Below, piece by piece: positions 17,895 through 26,771 of a stretch of 64,000 bases of DNA. Below the pieces are notes generated by a model, which searched no databases, was not told the DNA's origin, and saw nothing but the letters and a program-made list of their open reading frames with translations. Each line of letters begins with the position of its first letter. Position 1 is the stretch's first letter. Position numbers and translations under genes: made by a program. This stretch comes from Candidatus Aenigmatarchaeota archaeon (GTDB lineage Archaea; Aenigmatarchaeota; Aenigmatarchaeia; CG10238-14; SCSR01), in NCBI GenBank assembly GCA_018304615.1, contig JAGVVV010000008.1:25741-89740 (forward strand), written 5' to 3'.

Positions 17895-18611
17895 ATGAAA
17901 TTTTTCGACCTGCACGTACATTCCGCTTTCTCAGAAGGAACCAGCTCATTAGAGCAGTTAGCAAGCATGGCAAAGGAGTTGGGTTTTTCAGGAATCTGCT
18001 TTGCAGAATACTACAATGTGGAAGAGCACATAAAAAAACTGATGACAGAGATAGAGAAAGCGAAGGGAAAGGTCGGGATTGAAATTTTTCTCGGATTTGA
18101 AGCAAGAAACCCTAGAGAATTGTCAGCTCTGATTGAAAAAAGAAAAAGATTTGATGTCCTGCTCGCGAGAGGCGGGGATTTGAAACTAAACAGATTGGCA
18201 GTGGAAACTCCTGAAGTTGACATACTCACTCATCCTGATTACGAAAGAACCGATTCAGGTCTCAATCACATTCTGGTCAGGCTTGCAGCGAAGAACGAAG
18301 TTGCGATAGAAGTCAATTTCAGGGAAGTACTAATCACGAATGGAAGGACAAGATCAAGAATCTTATCAAACATGAAGAACAATGTCATGCTCGCGAAGAA
18401 GCTTCACGCACCGATCATCATTTCATGCGGAGCAATATCAGAATGGGAACTGAAAAGCACTCAAGAATTAATCTCTTTCGGGACACAATTAGGATTGGAG
18501 TTAGATGAAGCAAAGGCAGCGATTTCAAGGATTCCGGAAGATATTTTGAGCAAGTCGAGCGAGAGGAGAGACAAGAGGTGGATAGCTCCCGGAGTTAAAG
18601 TAATAAAATGA
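17895..18611 (+). CDS. rnp3: RNase P protein component 3 (Rpp30, PHP-like TIM barrel)
   Basis: MKFFDLHVH N-terminus, 238 aa. Confidence 0.8.
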   Translation: MKFFDLHVHSAFSEGTSSLEQLASMAKELGFSGICFAEYYNVEEHIKKLMTEIEKAKGKVGIEIFLGFEARNPRELSALIEKRKRFDVLLARGGDLKLNRLAVETPEVDILTHPDYERTDSGLNHILVRLAAKNEVAIEVNFREVLITNGRTRSRILSNMKNNVMLAKKLHAPIIISCGAISEWELKSTQELISFGTQLGLELDEAKAAISRIPEDILSKSSERRDKRWIAPGVKVIK

Positions 18612-19075
18612 AACTGCCATACCACATACCAAAAGATTTGCTAAGCATTTTCTCAAAGACGAAACTTAACGTCCAGCCTGGAGAGTATCTGATTGTCAGA
18701 TTGCCTTTGAAGTATGGGGTCATGCTGAGAGAACTTTCAAAATTCGTGAGAGAACCGTTTTTTAATTATACAGTAGAGCCACAAGAAATAACTCTGGTCG
18801 TTCATGAGAGGGATTGGAGTAATATTGGAAGAGATTTCATTGAGACGCAGATAGAGCACGGTTACAATATTATCACGATGGACGTGACTGTGGATTTAAA
18901 TGTGATAGGTTACCTTGCTGTGATTTCCAGATTGCTCGCTGACGTGGGTGTCCCCATAATGGTTGTTTCAGGCCATAGGACTGATCATATACTTATCAAA
19001 AAATATGATCTGCAGAAAGCTATTTTCGTTTTACAGGATTTGATAAATAGCTGCAAAAATATAGTAATTGTATGA
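18608..19075 (+). CDS. ACT-domain protein (COG2150-like)
   Basis: 155 aa; ..YLAVISRLLADVGVPIMVVSG.. Confidence 0.45.
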   Translation: MKLPYHIPKDLLSIFSKTKLNVQPGEYLIVRLPLKYGVMLRELSKFVREPFFNYTVEPQEITLVVHERDWSNIGRDFIETQIEHGYNIITMDVTVDLNVIGYLAVISRLLADVGVPIMVVSGHRTDHILIKKYDLQKAIFVLQDLINSCKNIVIV

Positions 19076-19416
19076 AAAATAATCTGAAAATTCTAATGCC
19101 GACTCTCAGAGAAAAAGAAAGATATGTAGCCTTTCAAGTGATTTCTGAAGATTCAATAACTTATTCGGATTTAGAAGCTGCGATCTGGAACTCGATGATG
19201 GATTTTTTTGGAGAATATGGGACTGCTAAGACTTCGATGTGGATTGTTAAGAATCTGTATGACGAACAAAATCAAATCGGAGTGATAAGATGCAACAACA
19301 AATCGGTCCAAGAAGTGATCACGGGATTGGGACTGATTTCAAGGCTCGGAGATGTAAGAGTAACTATAAAAATTTTATCCGTCTCAGGAACCATTCGCGG
19401 TTTGAAAATAAAGTAA
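19072..19416 (+). CDS. rnp2: RNase P protein component 2 (Pop5/Rpp14)
   Basis: LREKERYVAFQV motif, 114 aa. Confidence 0.75.
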   Translation: MKNNLKILMPTLREKERYVAFQVISEDSITYSDLEAAIWNSMMDFFGEYGTAKTSMWIVKNLYDEQNQIGVIRCNNKSVQEVITGLGLISRLGDVRVTIKILSVSGTIRGLKIK

Positions 19417-19490
19417 CTAACAAGTGAATACAACTTTCTTAAGTTCTATAAATGATTAAAGTAAAATTACCACATTAATTTCTGATACAA

Positions 19491-20432
19491 ATGAAAGAAA
19501 TATTAACCAATTTAGAAGATGTATCAGGTAAATTCAAAAGTGTACATATAGATAATGGCTTTGTGTTCATAAAAGTCGGAAAGTATACGGCAAAAATCAA
19601 AATTCCTTTTAGAGTTAGCAAAGAACTTGCATCTTTATATGGACATGTTTTAGGCGATGGCCATATTAAAAAAGATGAACAACACTTTCACTATGTAAAC
19701 AAAAATAAGGATTTAATTGAAGAAGTCAAATCAGAAGTCAAAAATATATTTGCCGTTGAGACCATGGAGTATTTTAGAGAAAACAAACAAATCTATGATT
19801 TGAATTTCCCGGTAGTAATTGCAAAACTGCTTGTTTTATTAGGGTTTCCAAAAGGTAGAAAATCAATTCAAATATTGTCAATTCCAGAATGGTTGAAAAA
19901 TGAATCTGTAGATATCAAAGCGGCTTTTATCAGAGCTTTATTTGATGATGAAGCGTGGGTAGAAATAAAACAGGGTGGATTTTGTATCGGCTTTGGCCAA
20001 AACAAAAATGTCAACTTATTGCAATATCACAAAAATTACATTGAAGAAATTAGGAATATTTTGAGTCAATTAGGTGTCAATTCAAGTAAAATTTTTCAAA
20101 AATCGCAAAAAGGAGATTCTATACAACTTGGTTTTAAAATTTTAGGATTACAAAATCTTACTAATTTTAATTCAAAAATAGGATTTCTCTCTGAAAATAA
20201 ACAAAAAAGATTAGAATTCGTCTTGAACAATTTTAAACAGATACAGTTCGGTAAAAAAGAAGCGAAGTTAAAAATATTGGAAAAATTAAACGTACCTATG
20301 AAAAGTAAAGAATTGGCATTTTTGCTTAATAGGGATCAAAAAACTATTTGGAAACATTTACATCAACTGCATAGAAAAAATTTAGTCACTAAAATCGGTA
20401 CTAAAAATAAAGTATTTTGGAAAAGTGTCTAA
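19491..20432 (+). CDS. free-standing double-motif LAGLIDADG homing-endonuclease-family protein with C-terminal wHTH-like tail
   Basis: 313 aa; motif 1 LASLYGHVLGDGHI, motif 2 FIRALFDDEAWVE; very AT-rich coding region; located between rnp2 and psmA. Confidence 0.7.
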   Translation: MKEILTNLEDVSGKFKSVHIDNGFVFIKVGKYTAKIKIPFRVSKELASLYGHVLGDGHIKKDEQHFHYVNKNKDLIEEVKSEVKNIFAVETMEYFRENKQIYDLNFPVVIAKLLVLLGFPKGRKSIQILSIPEWLKNESVDIKAAFIRALFDDEAWVEIKQGGFCIGFGQNKNVNLLQYHKNYIEEIRNILSQLGVNSSKIFQKSQKGDSIQLGFKILGLQNLTNFNSKIGFLSENKQKRLEFVLNNFKQIQFGKKEAKLKILEKLNVPMKSKELAFLLNRDQKTIWKHLHQLHRKNLVTKIGTKNKVFWKSV

Positions 20433-20587
20433 CGCTAAAATTTAAAAGGGCACAAATTTAAACTATTATCAACAAGTTATTACAAGGTGATTCTCAAAGA
20501 ATGAGAAAATTATTTGCATTGGTGATAGGCAATGCCTGAAATGATGCCTGAATATAATCTAGTGGCTAAAGACCACATGATGTTCAA

Positions 20588-21336
20588 ATGGGCTACGACA
20601 GGACAAATTTGCCTAGTTAATAACTAGCAAAGTCCATTTGCTGTATCGTACCCAGTCATAAAGCTGGTATGAGGCAAAATTTAGTCCTGATGGCCGCCTG
20701 TTCCAAGTAGAGTATGCTAAGGAAGCAGTGAAGAAAGGATCGACTTGTTTGGGAATAGTTTTCAAAGATGGAGTATTGCTCGCGACAATCAGACCGTCGA
20801 CTGCACTGATGGTGCCTGAATCTCTGGAGAAGATTTTCCAGATTGACGACCATCTTGGAGCAGTGGCTTCTGGATATCTCGCTGATGCAAGAGTTCTTGC
20901 AAACCAGTCTAGGGTGAAGGCGCAAGTCCACAAAATCACTTATGAAGAGCCAATAGATGTCTGGGGTGCGGCAAAAGTTTTGGGAGACAGGATGCAGATT
21001 TCGACAATTTATGCAGGCTTAAGGCCGTTCGGAGTTTCGTTCTTGATTGGTGGAGTAGATAGAACAGGTCCTCATCTAGTTGAAACAGATCCTTCTGGAA
21101 TGCTTTACGAATGGAAGGCGAATGCTCTCGGAAGAGGAGCTCCAGTAGCAAACAAGATATTCAAGCAGAGATGGAAAGATGGCCTGAGCGAGAAAGAGGC
21201 CGTGGATATTGCTCTAGATGTAATCCAGAAGACTGAAAAAGAGAAAAAGGCAAACGCTATTGACGTTGCTATAATAACAAAAGACCTGAAATTCAGAAAA
21301 TTGAGGGAAGAGGAAATCAAGAAGGCTTTAAAGTGA
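20588..21336 (+). CDS. psmA: proteasome subunit alpha, N-terminal coding region interrupted by a ~65-71-nt intervening sequence
   Basis: ATG 20588 encodes MGYDR (gate motif) then stops (taa 20618, taa 20621); conserved ..FSPDGRLFQVEYAKEAVKKGSTCLG.. continues in another frame from 20662; the rest (to 21336) is an ordinary alpha subunit. Confidence 0.75.
20599..20689 (+). repeat. imperfect 16-bp inverted repeat (stem 20599-20614 / 20672-20689, two 1-nt bulges) enclosing a 57-nt loop across the psmA exon junction region
   Basis: CAGGACAAATTTGCCT pairs with AGGCAAAATTTAGTCCTG; loop contains the in-frame stops. Confidence 0.6.
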
Positions 21337-21340
21337 TTCT

Positions 21341-22048
21341 TTGATCGGTGTCGATAAAGCTGTAATAAGTAGATTGCACGTTTCTGGACAGATATTTGAA
21401 ATTCTAGTCGATCCTGAGAAGGCCCTTCAGTTCAAGAAGGGAATGAAAATCGGTATGGGCGAGATCCTTGCTTTTCCTGGAATATATCATGACGTAAGGA
21501 ACACGAAGAGGGTTCCTGAAGGAGATTTACATAAATTTTTTGGAACTGTCGATATTGACAAGATTGCTGAGAAAATTATCCACGAAGGGCAGCTGCAATT
21601 GACTACAGAACAGAGAAGGGAAATGGTCGAACAGAGAAGAAATCAAGTAGCAAATATCATCTCCAGGAAGGGGATTAACCCGCAAACAAACGCTCCGAAT
21701 CCTCCGCAGAGGATATTGACTGCGATGGAAAAGGCTGGCATAAATATAGATCCTTTTGTTGATGCTGAGTTGCAGGTTGACAAAGTGCTGAAAGAAATAA
21801 AGGCTCTAGTTCCGATAAAGTTCGAAAAAATTACATATCAATTCAAGATTCCTTCTCAGTTTTCGGGGAAAGCATACTCAACCTTAAAAAGTTCAGGAAC
21901 CATAATTAGTGAACAGTGGCTTAATGATGGAAGCCTACAGCTGAGTCTGGAGGCGATAGCTGGAATGCAGGACGAGATATTCCAAAAGCTTTCTGGCTTG
22001 ACTCATGGCCAATTCGAATCAAAAGTACTGAAAAAGGTGGATATATGA
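21341..22048 (+). CDS. sdo1: ribosome maturation protein SBDS/Sdo1
   Basis: 235 aa; TTG start; conserved superoperon position. Confidence 0.8.
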   Translation: MIGVDKAVISRLHVSGQIFEILVDPEKALQFKKGMKIGMGEILAFPGIYHDVRNTKRVPEGDLHKFFGTVDIDKIAEKIIHEGQLQLTTEQRREMVEQRRNQVANIISRKGINPQTNAPNPPQRILTAMEKAGINIDPFVDAELQVDKVLKEIKALVPIKFEKITYQFKIPSQFSGKAYSTLKSSGTIISEQWLNDGSLQLSLEAIAGMQDEIFQKLSGLTHGQFESKVLKKVDI

Positions 22049-22704
22049 CAGAAAATTCAGTTGTTGTCCCAGGTGAATTGCTGGGAGATAGGAAAGGAAG
22101 GAAGTTAGGCCAAGGGCTCTATCTGGACGGAGAGAACGTATTTTCGAAATTCGTCGGAGTGCCTAGAATAAATGACGTTGAGATGTCTGTGGTCCCTCTT
22201 GCAGGAGTTTATCTTCCTTATTTCGGAGACAGGGTGATCGGAGTGATAGAATCTGTTGAAGTCTCAGGATGGGTTGTGGACATAAACTGTCCTTATTCTG
22301 CTTTTCTTCCATTGTCCGAAGGAGTTGAAGGGTTTGTGGACACGCAGAGAACTGACCTGACAAAATTTTTCGACATTGATGATGTTATCATGTGTGTGAT
22401 ATCACGTGTGACTAAAAATAAAACAGTCCAAGTTTCGATGGACGACCAAACTGCTAGAAAACTTGTCGGTGGGGTAGCCCTCAAAGTCACGCCGAGCAAG
22501 ATTCCAAGAATCATCGGAAAGGCGGGAAGCATGATAATGATGATTAAAGAGAAGACAAAATGCGATATCGTGACAGGACAGAACGGATTGGTTTGGATAA
22601 GAGGGGAGAACAAGGCGAAAGCAATCGAAGCCATTGTAATGATAGAAAAGGAATCGCATCTGAGCGGTCTGACAGAAAAAATTGAAAAGATGTTGGGTGA
22701 ATAA
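22045..22704 (+). CDS. rrp4: exosome complex component Rrp4 (S1 + KH)
   Basis: 219 aa. Confidence 0.8.
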   Translation: MTENSVVVPGELLGDRKGRKLGQGLYLDGENVFSKFVGVPRINDVEMSVVPLAGVYLPYFGDRVIGVIESVEVSGWVVDINCPYSAFLPLSEGVEGFVDTQRTDLTKFFDIDDVIMCVISRVTKNKTVQVSMDDQTARKLVGGVALKVTPSKIPRIIGKAGSMIMMIKEKTKCDIVTGQNGLVWIRGENKAKAIEAIVMIEKESHLSGLTEKIEKMLGE

Positions 22705-22705
22705 A

Positions 22706-23431
22706 ATGGGGCACAAATCTGATAAAAAATTAATCGTGAACGGGAAAAGAGCTGACGGCAGAGAACTGGATCAGATGAGACCTATTGAGATGCAAATCGG
22801 ACTTGTGAACAGGGCGAATGGATCTGCTTTGGTGAAGTTCGGAGATACTCATGCGATTGCAGCTGCATACGGGCCAAGAGAGCTGATGCCAAGGCACAAG
22901 CAGGAAGCAGACAGAGGAATAATAAGAACCAGATACAACATGGCTCCTTTTTCAGTCGACGACAGAAAGGCTCCAGGCTCGGACAGGAGAAGCACTGAAT
23001 TGTCGAAAGTTATCAGACTGGCTTTGCACCCTGTGGTTTTTGTACAGGACTTTCCGAAGGCTACGGTTGATGTTTACATTGAAATTTTGCAAGCAGACGG
23101 CTCGACCAGAGTAACTGGGATTAACGCTGCTTCACTGGCAATGGCAGCTGCAGGAGTTCCCATGACAGATTTAGTTACTGCATGTTCGGCTGGAAAAATC
23201 GACGGAAAACTTGTGTCCGATCTTAATGGGATAGAAGACAATTTCGGTGAGGCAGATTTGGGTTATGCCATGATCCCATCCAAAAACATGGTTACGCTTC
23301 TGCAGATGGACGGAGCCTTGACAAAGGAAGAATTGGTGACACTTTTAAATATGGCGAAAGAATCCTGCAAGAAAATCTATGAAATGGAGATGAAAGTTTT
23401 GAAAGAAAAATACGAGAAGGCGCTTGAATGA
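22706..23431 (+). CDS. rrp41: exosome complex exonuclease Rrp41 (RNase PH)
   Basis: Start at ATG 22706 (MGHKSD..). Confidence 0.8.
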   Translation: MGHKSDKKLIVNGKRADGRELDQMRPIEMQIGLVNRANGSALVKFGDTHAIAAAYGPRELMPRHKQEADRGIIRTRYNMAPFSVDDRKAPGSDRRSTELSKVIRLALHPVVFVQDFPKATVDVYIEILQADGSTRVTGINAASLAMAAAGVPMTDLVTACSAGKIDGKLVSDLNGIEDNFGEADLGYAMIPSKNMVTLLQMDGALTKEELVTLLNMAKESCKKIYEMEMKVLKEKYEKALE

Positions 23432-24189
23432 GAGAAAGATACGCATACGAATTGATCCAGAAGGGAATGAGGATTGACGAGAGGAAATTCGACGAGTTCA
23501 GAAAAATCAAAATCAGAACTGACGTGTCGAATAAGGCCGAAGGCTCTGCTCATGTGACTTTAGGAGAAACGCAAGTGATTGCTGGTGTGAAATTAAAAAC
23601 AGGCGAACCTTATCCTGACACACCAAACGAGGGGACTCTCATCGTGAATGCTGAGTTCACTCCACTAGCATCCCCTGATTTCGAATCAGGACCTCCTGGG
23701 GAAGATGCTGTCGAACTTGCCAGAGTGGTTGACAGAGGATTGAGGGAATCACATTGCCTTGATTTGGAAAAATTATGCATCACTCCAAAAGAGAAAGTCT
23801 GGACAGTTTTCGTAGACTTGCACATGATAAACCACCAGGGAAATCTCCTTGATGCATCTGCCCTTGCTGCGATTACAGCCTTGCACAATTCTCAGGTACC
23901 GAAAATAGAAGAGGATACAATTATCAGAGGGGAATATGTGAGCAAACTTCCAGTTGTTTTCACGCCAGTGAATGTGACTGTCGGAAAGATAGAAGACAAG
24001 TTCATCTTGGATCCTTTGATAGAAGAAGAAAATATCCTTGATTCTAAACTTTCTGTATCAGTTAGAGATGACGATAAGATCTGCGCACTGCAGAAGATGG
24101 GAGAACAGGGAATTAATTTTGACGATTTAGAAAAAATGTTCGATATGGCCATCAAGAAATCAAAAGAACTAAGAAAGCTGGTGAAGTGA
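23428..24189 (+). CDS. rrp42: exosome complex component Rrp42
   Basis: 253 aa RNase PH-like. Confidence 0.8.
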   Translation: MRERYAYELIQKGMRIDERKFDEFRKIKIRTDVSNKAEGSAHVTLGETQVIAGVKLKTGEPYPDTPNEGTLIVNAEFTPLASPDFESGPPGEDAVELARVVDRGLRESHCLDLEKLCITPKEKVWTVFVDLHMINHQGNLLDASALAAITALHNSQVPKIEEDTIIRGEYVSKLPVVFTPVNVTVGKIEDKFILDPLIEEENILDSKLSVSVRDDDKICALQKMGEQGINFDDLEKMFDMAIKKSKELRKLVK

Positions 24190-24357
24190 ATGGCAATTCG
24201 ACACATCACTAAAAAAATCAAACTCGGAAGGATTAGGAAGGTCAGATCTTCTCCTAGATGGGCCGACATAAAAAAATTCGGGATGAAGAGAGCTAGGACT
24301 CGAAGAATCAGTATTGATAAAGTAAAGAGATGGAAGAGAATCAGAATTAAAGTCTAA
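24190..24357 (+). CDS. rpl39e: ribosomal protein L39e-like (eL39)
   Basis: 55 aa basic MAIRHITKKIKLGRIRKVRSSPRWADIKKFGMKRARTRRISIDKVKRWKRIRIKV; precedes rpl31e as in other archaea; not in ORF track. Confidence 0.5.
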   Translation: MAIRHITKKIKLGRIRKVRSSPRWADIKKFGMKRARTRRISIDKVKRWKRIRIKV

Positions 24358-24364
24358 TTTTATT

Positions 24365-24802
24365 TTATCCTGTCTGCCAGCAAGACATCGAATTCTCGCA
24401 AGTTGCTGATACAGGCAATCCTGAGCATGTTCCCAGCACTCTTACGAATGTTGGAAGGGATGATACGTTAACTCTGGCAGTACCAACATCTCCTGGAAGA
24501 AGCGAAGTAGCAGATAATGTGATTGTAGTCATATTGTTTGGAATCAAAGCGCTAATCGCGTTAATAGTTTGCTGACTTGGATTTGAAAATGTGATATTCA
24601 ATGCACCAGCTACCACGCTAGGAGCTTTTACAAGCTCTATTACAAGAGCAGGAGTGCATTTTGCTTGAGCAGCAGATTGATTTGAGACCTGCTGTGTTTG
24701 TGTGTTTGTCAGACCTGTCAGCCAAACAGACATTATTCCTCCTATAGCTACAGTAAAAGCGATCAAGAGTACAATCGCGATCATTGGAGAAATTCCTTTC
24801 AT
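24365..24802 (-). CDS. archaeal type IV pilin-like protein (class III signal peptide)
   Basis: MKGISPMIAIVLLIAFTVAIGGIMSVW; Cys-rich C-terminus CSGLPVSATCENSMSCW; start overlaps upstream paralog stop by 1 nt. Confidence 0.65.
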   Translation of the reverse strand: MKGISPMIAIVLLIAFTVAIGGIMSVWLTGLTNTQTQQVSNQSAAQAKCTPALVIELVKAPSVVAGALNITFSNPSQQTINAISALIPNNMTTITLSATSLLPGDVGTARVNVSSLPTFVRVLGTCSGLPVSATCENSMSCWQTG

Positions 24803-25251
24803 TAAGTACCCCTCCAACAACTATAAGCTGGCCTGCAAGTGAAAGACACAGGCAAACCAGTACATACACCGCTCACTCTTACAAGTGTGGGTAATGTCGA
24901 ATAATTACCAACTGTTATGAAATATGAAGCACCTGAGCCTAGATTTGGAACGACAGATGCGTTTGTAGTGACTGTTGATCCTGAAACTACAGAAACGTTG
25001 ATGTTAATTATCTGGTTTTGACTGGGATTTGTAACTGTCACATTAATGAGATCTGTAGCAGCGGCTGTGTTGGAATCTACTCTGTCAATCATCAAGGAAG
25101 GTGTGCATTTTACTTGAGAGGAAGATTGATTTGAAACTTGCTGGGTCTGAGTTGTTGTCAGGCCAGTGATCCATATAGAGAGAACTCCTCCGATTGCTAC
25201 TGTAAAAGCAATCAAAAGAATGACTGCAATCATAGGAGAGATTCCTTTCAT
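24802..25251 (-). CDS. archaeal type IV pilin-like protein (class III signal peptide), paralog
   Basis: MKGISPMIAVILLIAFTVAIGGVLSIW; CTGLPVSFTCRPAYSCW. Confidence 0.65.
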   Translation of the reverse strand: MKGISPMIAVILLIAFTVAIGGVLSIWITGLTTTQTQQVSNQSSSQVKCTPSLMIDRVDSNTAAATDLINVTVTNPSQNQIININVSVVSGSTVTTNASVVPNLGSGASYFITVGNYSTLPTLVRVSGVCTGLPVSFTCRPAYSCWRGT

Positions 25252-25386
25252 GATATCTTTATAAAATTTGTCGAAATCGGAATATAAAGCTTTCCTACCA
25301 GATAGAAAATTTTCAGTTTGGTAAATAAGAATATAACAGAGTTATACGGAATGCGTTTTTAAATATGCCAAGCTGATATTAACTGT

Positions 25387-25644
25387 ATGGTAGACGAAAG
25401 GATACTCACAATCAACTTGAAGAAGAGGATTGTAAACGGGCCGAAATGGAGGAGAAACTCGTACGGGATGAGAATCATAAGGGAACTTGTGAAAAAGCAT
25501 GCCAAGGTGGAAAATGTGAAGATAGACAAGTCTCTGAACGAAAAAATTTGGTCTAAGAGCGCTCAAAGCCCTCCGACAATTTTCAGGCTGAAGATAATGA
25601 AAGTAGACGATAAGACGGTGAAAGCTGAACTCCTAGAAAAGTGA
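25387..25644 (+). CDS. rpl31e: 50S ribosomal protein L31e (eL31)
   Basis: 85 aa. Confidence 0.85.
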   Translation: MVDERILTINLKKRIVNGPKWRRNSYGMRIIRELVKKHAKVENVKIDKSLNEKIWSKSAQSPPTIFRLKIMKVDDKTVKAELLEK

Positions 25645-25648
25645 ACAG

Positions 25649-26326
25649 ATGAGAATCCTTCAGACAAATTTCCATGGGGATCATAATCTTGGTTTGTACG
25701 GAAAGGCATGCGGAAGATTCTGCATCATTGGGAATTTCGTGACGGAAAAAGATTTCAAAAAACTTTCTGAAATACTGGGTGTGAAGGCGTTCAGGATGAC
25801 AGCTGCGAATACTGACCTGAGCGGGATGTTTTTTGCGTTCAACTCAAACGGGATTGTGGTTCCTAAGATAATTACCGAGAAGGAGATGAGCAGGCTAAAA
25901 GTTCTGAAGAAGGAACTTGATGTTAACATCCTCGAACTGAAAACGAAATTCACAGCCATTGGAAATCTGATTCTCGCAAACGACAAAGGAGCAGTCGTAT
26001 CAAAAGTTTTCTCCAAAATTGAAGTTAATAAAATAAAGGATCTTCTGGGTGTTGAAGTAAATCATTCCACAATCGCAGGAATGCAAATGGTTGGATCTAC
26101 AGGAATCGCTACAAACAAGGGCTGTTTGATACACAGAGATGCTTCAGAAGAAGAAACTAAGAAGATTGAGGAAATTCTCAAAGTGAACGTAGACATAGGC
26201 TCTGCGAACTTCGGGTCCCCGTTCGTGGGGGCATGCATCATCGCTAATGACAAAGGTGCGGTAATAGGTGATTCGACGACTGGTCCGGAAGTAAACACAT
26301 TGATGGAAACGTTAAATCTTTTGTAA
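25649..26326 (+). CDS. eif6: translation initiation factor 6 (aIF6)
   Basis: 225 aa. Confidence 0.85.
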   Translation: MRILQTNFHGDHNLGLYGKACGRFCIIGNFVTEKDFKKLSEILGVKAFRMTAANTDLSGMFFAFNSNGIVVPKIITEKEMSRLKVLKKELDVNILELKTKFTAIGNLILANDKGAVVSKVFSKIEVNKIKDLLGVEVNHSTIAGMQMVGSTGIATNKGCLIHRDASEEETKKIEEILKVNVDIGSANFGSPFVGACIIANDKGAVIGDSTTGPEVNTLMETLNLL

Positions 26327-26328
26327 AA

Positions 26329-26502
26329 TCACTTGGGAACTTTTTTTGTCTCCATGTATTTGCAATTCCCGCAATAGAATCTGTCCTTGTGTTCTGAGAG
26401 GATGAAGCCGTCCCCGCATCTCGGACAGTATTTTTTTATCCTCTGGATTGAATCTCCTGTTACTTTGTAGAAACTACTTTGCTTGACTGGTTTGTGCTTC
26501 AC
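26329..26502 (-). CDS. rps27ae: 30S ribosomal protein S27ae (eS31) zinc-finger protein
   Basis: 57 aa from GTG: ..FYKVTGDSIQRIKKYCPRCGDGFILSEHKDRFYCGNCKYME..; overlaps rps24e 3' end by 29 nt in another frame; not in ORF track. Confidence 0.7.
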   Translation of the reverse strand: MKHKPVKQSSFYKVTGDSIQRIKKYCPRCGDGFILSEHKDRFYCGNCKYMETKKVPK

Positions 26503-26767
26503 CTTTCTTCCCCTCCTTAGATTTTTTGACTTTCACTTTCGGTTTTTCCTTGTAGATTTTTGCTTTGACAAAGGATTCATTCGTCCCTTTATGCGTGAGG
26601 ACATAATCGATTAAAACGTTTTCTTCAGGCGAGGAATATCTGGCTGCGAGTTCTTTTACAATCTCGACTTTGGAAGGAGTAGAAAGTTTAGGATGTTTAA
26701 GAGTGAGTTTGACTTCTTTTCTGTTGAAGAGTTTGTTTTCCTTTTCGTCTAGGACTTCCCATTCCAT
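26474..26767 (-). CDS. rps24e: 30S ribosomal protein S24e (eS24)
   Basis: 97 aa. Confidence 0.8.
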   Translation of the reverse strand: MEWEVLDEKENKLFNRKEVKLTLKHPKLSTPSKVEIVKELAARYSSPEENVLIDYVLTHKGTNESFVKAKIYKEKPKVKVKKSKEGKKGEAQTSQAK

Positions 26768-26771
26768 TCAA

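Noticed and set aside
20590-20690. Canonical hBHBh' (3-nt bulge, 4-bp helix, 3-nt bulge) intron motif in psmA
   Set aside because: I tested several frame-restoring junctions. None gave complementary 4-bp central helices. Only a long helix with 1-nt bulges is evident, so a relaxed motif or another mechanism must be invoked.
20728-21336. ORF-track call of psmA starting at GTG 20728
   Set aside because: It would remove the universally conserved N-terminal YDR gate and the FSPDGRLFQVEYA helix. Both are encoded just upstream, in two frames.
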